From the IMG/VR virus record IMGVR_UViG_3300043399_000676: DNA of 64,000 nt, one strand, 5' to 3'. A model generated the notes under the pieces. The model had not been told where the DNA came from and did no database searches. It was given only the letters and a program-made list of their open reading frames with translations. Each line of letters opens with the position of its first letter. Positions within the stretch are counted from its first letter, which is position 1. Origin of the DNA: a virus. Lineage: Duplodnaviria; Heunggongvirae; Uroviricota; Caudoviricetes. Shown here in pieces: positions 1-8,933 of the stretch. Made by a program: the position numbers and the translations under genes.

Positions 1-369
1 AGCAAGATATGTTTTTCCACTACCCGTGGGACCCATTAAAAGAATATTGCCTTTTTCTATCTCTAGATCCAATGAAGGTTTGTTTATACGTTTGTAGTGA
101 TTTGCAACGGCTACGCTAAGAACAACTTTAGCATCATCTTGTCCAATCACATATTCATCTAGAAACTCTTTGATTTTTCTAGGATCAAAGAGTTCCGAAG
201 ACTCTTCTTGTTTCGCAGGAGATATCGTGTTACCGTGTACTAAATGACCGCACAGATCAATGCATTCATTGCATATTGACGCGGAGTGTCCTACGACCAG
301 GCGTTTGACTACGGATTTGTTTTTCCCGCAAAATGAACACACTGTGGATTTTTCGTTTTCATCTGACAT
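1..369 (-). CDS. clpX: ClpX ATP-dependent Clp protease ATP-binding subunit (5' part; runs off window start)
   Basis: Own translation from ATG at 369: [16 protein letters not shown]...ICNECIDLC (C4 zinc finger)...[12 protein letters not shown]...[16 protein letters not shown] (Walker A). Not in ORF track. Confidence 0.93.
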   Translation of the reverse strand, partial: MSDENEKSTVCSFCGKNKSVVKRLVVGHSASICNECIDLCGHLVHGNTISPAKQEESSELFDPRKIKEFLDEYVIGQDDAKVVLSVAVANHYKRINKPSLDLEIEKGNILLMGPTGSGKTYLA

Positions 370-382
370 AGCTTATATTTAT

Positions 383-1228
383 TCATACAACATCCACATA
401 CTTAAGTTTAAAGTTTTTGGCTTGAGTTTCATACCCAATATAACCCCTTGGATTACATACGATTCTTGTACTCCCGATTTCGTAGTCAAAAGGTTCATGA
501 GTATGTCCATGAGTCCAAAGTTTAATTTGAGGACGATCTAAAATAAAATCACTAAGATCACTACTGTACGCTCCATTCATCAAGGTGTCGTTTCGATACC
601 AATCTGGAATACTTCTAGTACTAGGTGAATGATGTCCTACTACAACAAATTTTTCGTTGTCTTTCCCCTCTGTAACTAGTTTAATGTAATCCAAAGATTG
701 TTTATGTCGAGTAATGGTATGAGATGGACGAAGTTTTGTGAACCCAGCTTCATCGTTGACTATCATTCGGTAGTCATTCATCATGTCAGAAATTGCATGT
801 TGAGTTAGAGGATCTCCCTTATTCAGGTCTGTCCAAAGAGTCGATCCAACAAAAGTAATATCATCGATGACCTTGACTTCCCTTTCTAGGAAGTAAATGT
901 TACCAAAAAAGGAGGTTACTTCCTTCAACAAAGACAAAGACTTTACCCATTTACCCTGATAGAACTCATGGTTTCCTGCGACGTAGATAACATGAGGGAA
1001 CTCTTTACTGCACATTTCCAAAAAGGTTAAGTACTTCATCGCTGCATTCTGACGTTTGCCCAAATGATCGACTTTACCTTCTTTCCATTCTTCGAATAGA
1101 GGAAGGTTGCGATCAAAGTCAGATGCAACCAAAATATCACCGGACAAAATTAAAACATCCGCACCTTCGTTTTTGAACTCAATTGGCCCAAACTCTAAAT
1201 GAAGGTCACTGGCAATTGCAATTTTCAT
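383..1228 (-). CDS. Calcineurin-like metallophosphoesterase
   Basis: SDLHLE, GDI, GNHE, GHH and HGHTH motifs. Confidence 0.9.
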   Translation of the reverse strand: MKIAIASDLHLEFGPIEFKNEGADVLILSGDILVASDFDRNLPLFEEWKEGKVDHLGKRQNAAMKYLTFLEMCSKEFPHVIYVAGNHEFYQGKWVKSLSLLKEVTSFFGNIYFLEREVKVIDDITFVGSTLWTDLNKGDPLTQHAISDMMNDYRMIVNDEAGFTKLRPSHTITRHKQSLDYIKLVTEGKDNEKFVVVGHHSPSTRSIPDWYRNDTLMNGAYSSDLSDFILDRPQIKLWTHGHTHEPFDYEIGSTRIVCNPRGYIGYETQAKNFKLKYVDVV

Positions 1229-1281
1229 ATTTTTTCCTAAATAAAATTGCGTTATACAATAACTTGTATAACGCAGGTAAA

Positions 1282-1716
1282 CTATTTAACAGTGGTGAAA
1301 AATATGTCTATCTTTTTGTCTGCTGGCCACGATTGAGCATATTCATTATCCTTGTCGCAAAGCTGTAGAGCTTCCTCATTAGAAACAACTCGATGAGAAA
1401 CAATAGTTTCATCCAAATGAACTTGGCTGAATTCTTGAGCCTCATTCAAAGTCACTGTATCAAGCGCCCACTCTGCTTTACCTTTAGGCACCTCAACCAT
1501 GTATCTAATTCTAAACATAGAAACAGTTTCTACTAGCACCATTTCTGTGTCTTTTTTCTCCAGCACGAACGAACCGTCTTTCTGTTCTGTCCACTTCAAA
1601 CGATCACCTTCTTTCCAACCAACCTGTTCGATTAGTTCAGGAGGAAATTCAATGAATGCATCACCGTTCTTGTCTTCTTGAACTGGGATAGACCAAACTT
1701 TATTTTCGTTACTCAT
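1282..1716 (-). CDS. Hypothetical protein with N-terminal AbrB/MazE-like segment
   Basis: IEFPPELIEQVGWKEGDRLKW resembles a swapped-hairpin DNA-binding domain. Confidence 0.55.
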   Translation of the reverse strand: MSNENKVWSIPVQEDKNGDAFIEFPPELIEQVGWKEGDRLKWTEQKDGSFVLEKKDTEMVLVETVSMFRIRYMVEVPKGKAEWALDTVTLNEAQEFSQVHLDETIVSHRVVSNEEALQLCDKDNEYAQSWPADKKIDIFFTTVK

Positions 1717-1940
1717 TTTTCCCTCAGTTGCTTAGATATTACGGAAAGCAAAGTTTCTAAATTGGACAACGCCTTTTTATCGATCATGAGGGACAGCTTG
1801 TTTTGCAATCCTTCGGGATCTTTTGCGTCTTCCCATTGGGTGTGTATCTTAAGACACACGGCATCTTTAGGATGCAGAGGCTTTAACACCTCTGCATACA
1901 CTCGATATCCGCTTGTTTCACTCAGCAGAATCATGTTCAT
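1713..1940 (-). CDS. Hypothetical protein
   Basis: 75 aa ORF with 4-nt overlaps to both neighbours. Confidence 0.65.
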   Translation of the reverse strand: MNMILLSETSGYRVYAEVLKPLHPKDAVCLKIHTQWEDAKDPEGLQNKLSLMIDKKALSNLETLLSVISKQLREK

Positions 1941-3355
1941 ACATCATACCTTTCGATCATGACAGTTTTAAGCATAATATTTTCTGGGGTAAAATCGTCC
2001 AGATCATTCGCAAGCACTGCACGAACGATTGCAGGAGAAAACCCAGACACCAAAGCAACTCCTTTTTCGTTGCTCTTTACAGGAACGTTATCCGATGCAT
2101 TCAAATTCCAAAACACAACCTTCGGCACATCGTATCCTGCTTCAGCATACAGCCGTTTTACGGATTCTAGTGCAGAATCATCAAACTTAGCACATTGGTC
2201 AAACTGCATGTCCGAAAGAATCAACAGAATATCAGGCATTTCATCTTGAGGAACTTTGCCTTTCTTCGCCACATTCAAGATGTTTTGAAAACACTTGATA
2301 ACATCCGTGTTCATTCCCCAAGACGAGGTGTTCATTTGTTGAGCCTTTTGAACAATCGTGCCTTTGAGATTTTCTAGAGTCGGCGAGCCCGAGAAAGTCG
2401 CAAAGATGTCCTTAAAAGCACCTGTGTTCTTGTCCGACAGATACAGCCCCAACGAAACTGCCACTTCAAGGCAAGTCAACTTGCTCTTGGAGCTGTAACC
2501 ACCTGCCGGGCAGGTCATAGAACCAGAGACATCTACCATTGGTAGGATGTTCGCGTCACCTACGAAGTTTTCCAAAGCTTCCCATTGTTTTTCAACAAGT
2601 GAAGTTTCAGTTTTGTCGTAGCTGACATAACGAGTAATCATACCCTTCAGGACATCGTAGGGGAATACCGCACCTGCATTGACCTTAACGTCAACATCAC
2701 CGTTTACCAAAGCCTGCACATATTCCGCATACTTGGTAGTATTGCGGTTAAATGCTTTCTTGTAACGTGCAGCAGCCACAGAAGGCACATGGCTAAAGTT
2801 GATGTTGTCCCAGTCCTTCGCACACATTTGCTGCTCGACAACCTTGGTCAGATTGACCAGCGTCTTGCGATACTGCTTAGGAGACAGTCCAAGAAATTTG
2901 CGAAGTTCGACCGCAACCTTTCCTTGCCGAGGCATCCATTTTGCACAAAGACCATTTTCAGCCTTGAGTGCATTACCTATGAACGCAAATGCTGCATTCT
3001 TTAGAACAGGATCGGTAAAGATCAGCAGGTCGTCCCATCGCCCCAATTCAGGAACTTTGGCGATAAGTTTCAACGCACTATCGGGATCATTCTTTTCCAA
3101 AAAGATTAGAACGTCACGAAAAATCTGGCGTTCACCTGCGCCGCCACGCGCATCTCGCGCCCATTGCACAATTCTAAGCGCAAGGTCTTTGCTTTCAACC
3201 ATTGCTGCTACGAAGTCAGGAACAATGTCCTTTCCTCGTGAAGCGCCAATTTTATAGAACAGGTCCACACAGGCGTTAGTTGTGGATTTACGAGCCTTCA
3301 TACCATTTGCGGTACGAGCTTCTTGATTTGCTACTGCGTTTGCAAAAGAGTTCAT
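1937..3355 (-). CDS. DUF2828-family protein (helical TROVE-like N-terminus + C-terminal vWA domain)
   Basis: RDARGGAGER, GRWDDL, AKWMPR, PMVDVSGSM (MIDAS), ILSDMQFD, VFWNL; SD GAAAGGA. Confidence 0.85.
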   Translation of the reverse strand: MNSFANAVANQEARTANGMKARKSTTNACVDLFYKIGASRGKDIVPDFVAAMVESKDLALRIVQWARDARGGAGERQIFRDVLIFLEKNDPDSALKLIAKVPELGRWDDLLIFTDPVLKNAAFAFIGNALKAENGLCAKWMPRQGKVAVELRKFLGLSPKQYRKTLVNLTKVVEQQMCAKDWDNINFSHVPSVAAARYKKAFNRNTTKYAEYVQALVNGDVDVKVNAGAVFPYDVLKGMITRYVSYDKTETSLVEKQWEALENFVGDANILPMVDVSGSMTCPAGGYSSKSKLTCLEVAVSLGLYLSDKNTGAFKDIFATFSGSPTLENLKGTIVQKAQQMNTSSWGMNTDVIKCFQNILNVAKKGKVPQDEMPDILLILSDMQFDQCAKFDDSALESVKRLYAEAGYDVPKVVFWNLNASDNVPVKSNEKGVALVSGFSPAIVRAVLANDLDDFTPENIMLKTVMIERYDV

Positions 3356-3366
3356 TTGTTTCCTTT

Positions 3367-3405
3367 CAGTTTAGTGATTAAATTAAGTTTGCTGTTTCTA
3401 AACTT
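3367..3405 (-). promoter_or_regulatory. CAGCAA-motif hairpin forming the 5' leader of the DUF2828 gene (copy 1)
   Basis: AGTTTAG-AAA-CAGCAA...CTAAACT-G, directly abutting SD GAAAGGA; promoter TTGAAG-17-TATAAT at 3414-3442 would start transcription just before the stem. Confidence 0.75.
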
Positions 3406-3472
3406 ATGAGTATATTATATTGTCATTCTATAATAACTTCAACTATTTTGGGCAAATACTAAATACTATACC

Positions 3473-3937
3473 ATGAAAATATTTGAAATAGAATCTCCCA
3501 AACTTTACAACAATTGGGTTCGTTATAACGAACAGAGTTTGAACGATGACTTTGAGGAATACAAACTCAAAGAAATGTCAAAGTGGAAGGCAAGAGCATC
3601 GCGGATAGGAGCAAGGTTTCCACTCTTCCCTGACATAGAAAGTTTTAAACAAGGATTGGACTCAGCAAAAGTTGTTGAGATTGACGCATTACCTGATGTT
3701 CAAAACTTGACAAAGAACAATTCCATTGAAGATATCGAAGACATGGTAAGTTCTTATCATATGCCAAGGAATGTAAACCGAATAGTTGCAGGTATAACCA
3801 ACAATGCTAAACTTCCATTGCCTATAATATTAAAAGGTTCTCGTGGTTTATGGATTATGGCTGGCAATACTAGACAAGCTACAACAAGGGTACTAGGTGC
3901 TGTGCCAAAAGCATTACTGGTAGACGTATCTTCCTGA
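3473..3937 (+). CDS. ParB/Srx-like protein with MKIFEI N-terminus
   Basis: PIIL...IMAGNTR motif; TAAATA at 3460-3465. Confidence 0.55.
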   Translation: MKIFEIESPKLYNNWVRYNEQSLNDDFEEYKLKEMSKWKARASRIGARFPLFPDIESFKQGLDSAKVVEIDALPDVQNLTKNNSIEDIEDMVSSYHMPRNVNRIVAGITNNAKLPLPIILKGSRGLWIMAGNTRQATTRVLGAVPKALLVDVSS

Positions 3938-4435
3938 ATTAGGGTTTTCAGTTTCCCACCTAGTCATTTCATTAACTAGGGCGTGTTTAAGTCCCATCAC
4001 TTTGTCTGCACATTCTAAAAGCAAAACGTTTGGAAACATTTGAGGTCTAATACTATGAACATAGTCAAATGCCTCTTTTGGTGTCGCACCATGTTGCACT
4101 AAAGTGATAATTGAAGCAGACGTACTTCGGCTAATACCTGCCCTACAATGAATAAGAACATTGTCATTAGGTTTGATATTCTTAGTGTGAGCTAGAAGCT
4201 TTTCTACATGCTGCGGTTCGGGATGAATCCACCCTTCCATTGGAAAATCAATATCATCTACTACGATTCTCAGATGATTGACTCCAGAGCTATATAGCGT
4301 GGGCTTCACTCTACCGAATTCGTTACGAACAGGGCCAAGCAAAGTTACGGCTAAGTCATGCCAGTTCCTCTTTATAAGTTCTTGTGCCATTTCTAGGTTT
4401 GTGATATGAAGTGTGAAGTTAGGTTTATATTTCAT
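3914..4435 (-). CDS. Dual-specificity/tyrosine phosphatase
   Basis: HCRAGISRS (CX5R) catalytic loop; SD AAAGGA. Confidence 0.9.
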   Translation of the reverse strand: MKYKPNFTLHITNLEMAQELIKRNWHDLAVTLLGPVRNEFGRVKPTLYSSGVNHLRIVVDDIDFPMEGWIHPEPQHVEKLLAHTKNIKPNDNVLIHCRAGISRSTSASIITLVQHGATPKEAFDYVHSIRPQMFPNVLLLECADKVMGLKHALVNEMTRWETENPNSGRYVYQ

Positions 4436-4455
4436 GTAATTCCTTTGAGTAGTTG

Positions 4456-4714
4456 CAGGATGGTGTTGACCGCTATTTTATTTTCTGGTTGCCTCATCCC
4501 CTCACCCTCTACAGGTGTGATCTAGTCACCGCAACCCTAGCATACAATTCTTGTAGCCTATCTAACCTTGTGTCTGCGTTAGAAACATATCAGGATTCGC
4601 CCTGCGCTATCTATTCCTTTAGTGTCCCTTTCGGGAAACATATTTCTATGCTACTCTCCAGTCACCGTCTATAGCAGTTGCCGTAGTATTTTTTTGTTGC
4701 TGTACTCATCCTAA
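4456..4714 (-). ncRNA. ~260-nt structured RNA of the CAGCAA family (copy 2)
   Basis: Terminal stem AGGATG/CATCCT-G, AG-N8-CAGCAA, internal hairpins TCCC-GAAA-GGGA, CAGGG-CGAA-TCCTG and TCTAAC/GTTAGA. Confidence 0.7.
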
Positions 4715-4723
4715 TTAAGAAAA

Positions 4724-4823
4724 CAGATTAGATTCCTACTTTTTGTTTACAGTGAGAAATCGAAACTCACCTCGTCCGGCGAACCAGACCCATAGTTATA
4801 TAAAATTGCTGTATCTAATCTAA
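4724..4823 (-). ncRNA. ~100-nt CAGCAA-family RNA with T-arm-like hairpin (copy 3)
   Basis: 9-bp stem AGATTAGAT/ATCTAATCT-G; GTCTGG-TTCG-CCGGAC; GTGAG-TTTCGATTT-CTCAC; own promoter TTGACA-17-TATACT at 4837-4865. Confidence 0.75.
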
Positions 4824-4878
4824 AGCTCTAACTAACAGTATATATGTTTGAATCTACACTGTCAAATATTTTCTTTGT

Positions 4879-5064
4879 TTATTTTTCCGAATCAGTGTTA
4901 TGAGGGAAAACTTTCTTACCGAGAATTGCTGCCCATCCACCGATTTGCCATGCCGCGATCATCAACGTAATAGTCAATGCTACTTTCTCTGAGAACATAG
5001 GCAACAGTCCGTACCAAAAAACGAAGATGATCGCAAAAGCAAAAACCATTGCCTTAACTGTCAT
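4879..5064 (-). CDS. Small membrane protein
   Basis: Two hydrophobic segments; SD AAGGAG. Confidence 0.65.
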   Translation of the reverse strand: MTVKAMVFAFAIIFVFWYGLLPMFSEKVALTITLMIAAWQIGGWAAILGKKVFPHNTDSEK

Positions 5065-5097
5065 TGCTTACTCCTTATTTTTCTTATAGAAAAGAAA

Positions 5098-5301
5098 TTA
5101 CAGTTGCTCGTCTTTTACCCAAATTTGTTTACTGCCAGTAATCCACATTGCCACAAAGACTGACCAAAATCCTAGTTGGATCAATGCAATGATAATCAAA
5201 ATAGGACCTACGATCATCCTGGGCAAAATGATGATAGAAAGCACCACACTTACCCAAAACAAAGAAAGTACCACTACATTTTTAATGTTGACTTGATTCA
5301 T
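5098..5301 (-). CDS. Small membrane protein
   Basis: Two hydrophobic segments. Confidence 0.6.
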   Translation of the reverse strand: MNQVNIKNVVVLSLFWVSVVLSIIILPRMIVGPILIIIALIQLGFWSVFVAMWITGSKQIWVKDEQL

Positions 5302-5304
5302 TGT

Positions 5305-5508
5305 TTACCTTCCCAATACTTCGACACGCTTTAGGTAAGCTTGAGCACCGTTCAAGACCGACTCAAGTTCTTGAAGAGCCTTGGTATAGTGTCCATTGAT
5401 GTGCTTCTCATGCGTTAATTTTCTATCTTGATTAGCTGCGTCTTTGACAAAGTCCAACGCATCCTTTGCGAGTTCTACTCGCCGCTTTGCAATTTCCAAT
5501 GCAGTCAT
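5305..5508 (-). CDS. Hypothetical helical protein (start re-called at MTALEIAKRR)
   Basis: ATG at 5508 follows GGAG and the upstream stop; avoids the overlap in the ORF track call. Confidence 0.6.
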   Translation of the reverse strand: MTALEIAKRRVELAKDALDFVKDAANQDRKLTHEKHINGHYTKALQELESVLNGAQAYLKRVEVLGR

Positions 5509-5509
5509 A

Positions 5510-5788
5510 TTAATCTCCAGAATCGATATCAAAGTGATACCCGCAATGCTTGCAGATATAACGTTCCAGGCAACGACCCAGCGAAACATAAGTGTACTCA
5601 TGCACACAGGGCTCACCATTGTCCCTACGAAGGGGAACTTGACCATAGGCTTTACCCCACATAGTTTGGCCGCCGCAATTATTACATGCGCGGTGAGTCT
5701 TGCCTTTATTCCAAGAATAAGTGAGTTGCTCTTCAGTGAGCGGGAGTTCCTTAGTGCCGTTACAAACAGGACAGATACCGAGAGTCAT
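5510..5788 (-). CDS. Zinc-finger small protein
   Basis: CPVC, CNNC and CKHC pairs; SD AAGGA. Confidence 0.7.
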   Translation of the reverse strand: MTLGICPVCNGTKELPLTEEQLTYSWNKGKTHRACNNCGGQTMWGKAYGQVPLRRDNGEPCVHEYTYVSLGRCLERYICKHCGYHFDIDSGD

Positions 5789-5799
5789 TTTGTTTCCTC

Positions 5800-6087
5800 T
5801 TAAAGAACGTCAACCTGAACGTCGATGTTCCGCGAACCGACGGACGGAACATAGACAGTCACGCTAGTAGCCATACCAGACGTAACTCCCGACCAACCAT
5901 GCAGACGTTTGCCTTCAGCACGATCCTTGGCCAAAGTTTCGAGGACTTGCTTCGTAGCCTGATAGTGGGCGGTAGTAGCAAACTTGCTCTCGACTTCACC
6001 GACAGTCATGTAGATGCCGACACCGTCAACAATGACACGAATTTTTTGGCTGTTATTGAAACCCTTGATCACTTGTTGCTTACGCAT
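5800..6087 (-). CDS. Hypothetical early protein
   Basis: Follows promoter repeat and SD AGGAG. Confidence 0.7.
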   Translation of the reverse strand: MRKQQVIKGFNNSQKIRVIVDGVGIYMTVGEVESKFATTAHYQATKQVLETLAKDRAEGKRLHGWSGVTSGMATSVTVYVPSVGSRNIDVQVDVL

Positions 6088-6152
6088 CGTTTGCTCCTGT
6101 TCGTTCAGTGTATAAAGTAATTATACACCCAAATTAATTATTTGTCAACCTT

Positions 6153-6338
6153 TTAGTAGGTGTCGAAACCTAGGTTGTGCATCGCATCACGGAACGGCTC
6201 TGTTGCACCTTCGTCGGCAAAGTCATAGATATGATCACGAAGACTATCCGAGCATTCGAATTCGAAAACATCGTAGGCATCGCTGATGTTTTTCAGGGAT
6301 TCAACACGCACGATGAACTGATTCAGTGTTTGCAGCAT
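6153..6338 (-). CDS. Hypothetical early protein
   Basis: Behind promoter 6369-6397; SD GGAG. Confidence 0.65.
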   Translation of the reverse strand: MLQTLNQFIVRVESLKNISDAYDVFEFECSDSLRDHIYDFADEGATEPFRDAMHNLGFDTY

Positions 6339-6393
6339 TTTAAGCTCCGCTAATCAATCAATACATATATTATATGCCCAAATGAATTATCTG

Positions 6394-6615
6394 TCAACCG
6401 GTTTGATCATCCAATTCCCTCTTCAGTTGGGCAACTTTCAGCATGGCCTTAGCAACCGCTTCCATTTCCTCAATCGAACCAAAAGAAAGGTTGATGCGGT
6501 AATCACCAGATTCCCTATCTTCGACGTAAGTGAGTTGGAGAACCTCATCATCCGAAATCTCGTACTTATAGCCAAGATCACAGTAAACGGTCAGGGTGAC
6601 TCCAGTTTCAGTCAT
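6394..6615 (-). CDS. Hypothetical protein
   Basis: 4-nt overlap with the HD gene. Confidence 0.6.
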   Translation of the reverse strand: MTETGVTLTVYCDLGYKYEISDDEVLQLTYVEDRESGDYRINLSFGSIEEMEAVAKAMLKVAQLKRELDDQTG

Positions 6616-7064
6616 TTCAGTTGTTCCAGTTTAAGTTTGAGTTCCATGTAAAACGTCTGGTACTTCACCATCCGTTGAATATCTTTCTCTGTGATGCCTT
6701 TCAGGCGCCGAATGTCGGTATTGTGTCGAAGGTCAGCCATCTTGACTCGCATAGCATCTACGTTAGCAAAGACGCCTTCTTTGTATTCATCGTAGGTCTG
6801 ACCTGGTTGCTTAGTCAGCGCACGAATACCTTCGATGACCCGCTCGCTGATGCCTGCTTCCCTCAGATCCTTGTAGGTGACGGAAGTGTCCTCGATTACG
6901 TCATGCCCCAGGGCAATGCACATAAGCTCTTCGTCGTCCGATTTGAGGTAGTGCATGACCTTAAGAGGGTGCAGAATGTAGGGGTTACCGCCTCGATCAA
7001 ACTGCCCATGATGCGCGTTCGTAGCGATCATCAGCATCTTGTCCAGCATTTCACCTTTTTTCAT
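6612..7064 (-). CDS. HD-domain hydrolase, SpoT/Mesh1-like putative (p)ppGpp hydrolase
   Basis: AHHGQFDRGGNPYILHP, LGHDVIEDT, VKMADLRHN. Confidence 0.85.
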   Translation of the reverse strand: MKKGEMLDKMLMIATNAHHGQFDRGGNPYILHPLKVMHYLKSDDEELMCIALGHDVIEDTSVTYKDLREAGISERVIEGIRALTKQPGQTYDEYKEGVFANVDAMRVKMADLRHNTDIRRLKGITEKDIQRMVKYQTFYMELKLKLEQLK

Positions 7065-7066
7065 GA

Positions 7067-7600
7067 TTAACCCTCAGCCCGAAGACGGGCCAGAAACTTG
7101 TTGTGTTCATCGTTCACAGTCTGCTTACGTTCAGCCGCAGCTTCCATTTCTTGGATTTCACGTTCAGCCAGGCGAGCTTCTTCAAAATTACCAACGTCCT
7201 CGCGAGTCCACTCGCCATTGACCTTCCTCATGTTCGTAGCAGGAGTGTACACACCGTACTGAGCACCAGACTTGGCAGCGACTTGTTTTGCAGCAGCCTT
7301 GCGCTGGGCAATATCCAGAAGCTGACCCGCGTAGATTTCGATACGCATCTTGCCATCCTTCTGCGGAACACGCCAGTAAGCAATCTGCTTTTCCGTCAGG
7401 TAACCCCGAGCCTTGAAAAACTTAGACATCGAAGTCCCCATGCGGGCATGACACGGACGAAAACCACGACCATTGTCATACTTCGTGTTCTCGGACCTTT
7501 GCTCGTCAGCAGTCTGACGCTCAGTCAGGACCACCAGTGCGCGGGCAACAGCTTTGTCGTTCGTGCGGAGAAGTTCGATGATTTCGTTGCGAGTCGTCAT
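7067..7600 (-). CDS. Hypothetical early protein
   Basis: Behind promoter 7631-7659; SD GAGG. Confidence 0.75.
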   Translation of the reverse strand: MTTRNEIIELLRTNDKAVARALVVLTERQTADEQRSENTKYDNGRGFRPCHARMGTSMSKFFKARGYLTEKQIAYWRVPQKDGKMRIEIYAGQLLDIAQRKAAAKQVAAKSGAQYGVYTPATNMRKVNGEWTREDVGNFEEARLAEREIQEMEAAAERKQTVNDEHNKFLARLRAEG

Positions 7601-7674
7601 TTTCAGTTCCTCGTTTCAGACTATAAGCATATTATATGCCCAAACGTATTATTTGTCAACCGATTTTTTACTAC

Positions 7675-8016
7675 CTAGAACGTAATACAATCGTCGGATC
7701 GGCATCGATATCCGTACCAACCATCGTCAAATAGGTTTTCCGTAGATCCACACACACAACAACTCTTTTGTTCTGGCTTCGGGATATCCTCAAGTGGACG
7801 CAATCGTTCGATTTCATCTGCGGCTTCTTCCAAAATATCCGCAATGCGGTCAGGCTTACCTTCTTGTACACTTTTACGATCGGGAATCTGTCGGCGAATC
7901 TCTGCTCGCTTTCTAAGTCGATAGACCAAATCGTCTGGATCTTCTCTTAGCATTCGTATCTCCTCACATGGAAAATTGGGATGAATTTCATCCCCGCACT
8001 TTTTACACTTCAGCAT
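7675..8016 (-). CDS. Hypothetical Cys-rich protein
   Basis: CKKC and CCVC motifs; overlaps upstream gene stop. Confidence 0.65.
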   Translation of the reverse strand: MLKCKKCGDEIHPNFPCEEIRMLREDPDDLVYRLRKRAEIRRQIPDRKSVQEGKPDRIADILEEAADEIERLRPLEDIPKPEQKSCCVCGSTENLFDDGWYGYRCRSDDCITF

Positions 8017-8288
8017 GTTGCTTTTGTGGGGCAGTCGTTTCTGTAGCAGACATAGCCGGTGACTTCACCGTTTTCTCCTAGCCCACACACCGGACAACCA
8101 ATGGTTGTAGTAGTAAACGTGACGGTGTTATCTTCTACTCCCAGGGGAACGTCAACCCAAGGCGACCACTGAATGTTTCTTTGGCTTGTATCAAACGGAC
8201 CTAGTCCTGCATAGAAGGTAGTATCAGCTTTGATACGATACTGCAACACCCTTTCTCCGTTTCTAATTACCCATCTAAGTTCTGTCAT
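8010..8288 (-). CDS. Hypothetical protein (start re-called at MTELRW)
   Basis: SD AAGGA before ATG at 8288; CPVC motif. Confidence 0.6.
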   Translation of the reverse strand: MTELRWVIRNGERVLQYRIKADTTFYAGLGPFDTSQRNIQWSPWVDVPLGVEDNTVTFTTTTIGCPVCGLGENGEVTGYVCYRNDCPTKATC

Positions 8289-8299
8289 ATTAAATCCTT

Positions 8300-8692
8300 T
8301 TACCAAGCATTGTAAATTATCATGTGGTCGACACCAGGCACATTGCCGAGGGGTCGATAAACTTGCATCTCGCCGTCCCAACCATCTTCATCGTAAAGAA
8401 TATCACAGGGCAGGACCGAAGTAAAACGAACAACCTTACCGGTGCGATGGCTTTCAACAAAGAAGGTGCCGGGCATTCCGATCTTGTTAGAGGTGAGCTT
8501 CAGCACCTTACGAACCTTGTCGTACTGGCAGTCTTCCAGCGAGACAGAGGGGATCTCCTGCTCACGTTTGGCTTGAGCACGAACGATAGCAGGGTTATTG
8601 GTACGCATAGCAGCAGCCATTTCCTCAGTCATTTGACGGGCGCGGGCAGCTTCAGCTTTGCGATCAGTAGCAGAACGACGAAAGTAGGCCAT
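8300..8692 (-). CDS. Hypothetical early protein
   Basis: SD AAGGA; contiguous with neighbours. Confidence 0.7.
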   Translation of the reverse strand: MAYFRRSATDRKAEAARARQMTEEMAAAMRTNNPAIVRAQAKREQEIPSVSLEDCQYDKVRKVLKLTSNKIGMPGTFFVESHRTGKVVRFTSVLPCDILYDEDGWDGEMQVYRPLGNVPGVDHMIIYNAW

Positions 8693-8701
8693 TGTTTTTC
8701 C

Positions 8702-8863
8702 TTAAAGAACTTCGACAATGAGACTGCCTTTGACAAACCCCTTGACTTTGGTAGCGCCGATCTTGTGCGCTTCAACCATGTCAGCGGTCGTATTGAACGA
8801 CACTTCAACTTCCCAACCGAGGTAGTTATTGAACTTGCGATACGAGATTTTGTGAGTGTACAT
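8702..8863 (-). CDS. 53-aa hypothetical protein (not in ORF track)
   Basis: MYTHKISYRKF...SLIVEVL; first gene after promoter 8896-8924, SD AGGA. Confidence 0.65.
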   Translation of the reverse strand: MYTHKISYRKFNNYLGWEVEVSFNTTADMVEAHKIGATKVKGFVKGSLIVEVL

Positions 8864-8933
8864 TTTGTGTTCCTGTTCGTTCAGTGTATAGAGTAATTAT
8901 ACGTCCAAATTGATTTTTTGTCAACCTTTTTGT

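Noticed and set aside
4453-4674. Plus-strand 73-aa ORF over the 260-nt RNA
   Set aside because: No SD, atypical composition, and antisense to a promoter-driven structured element.
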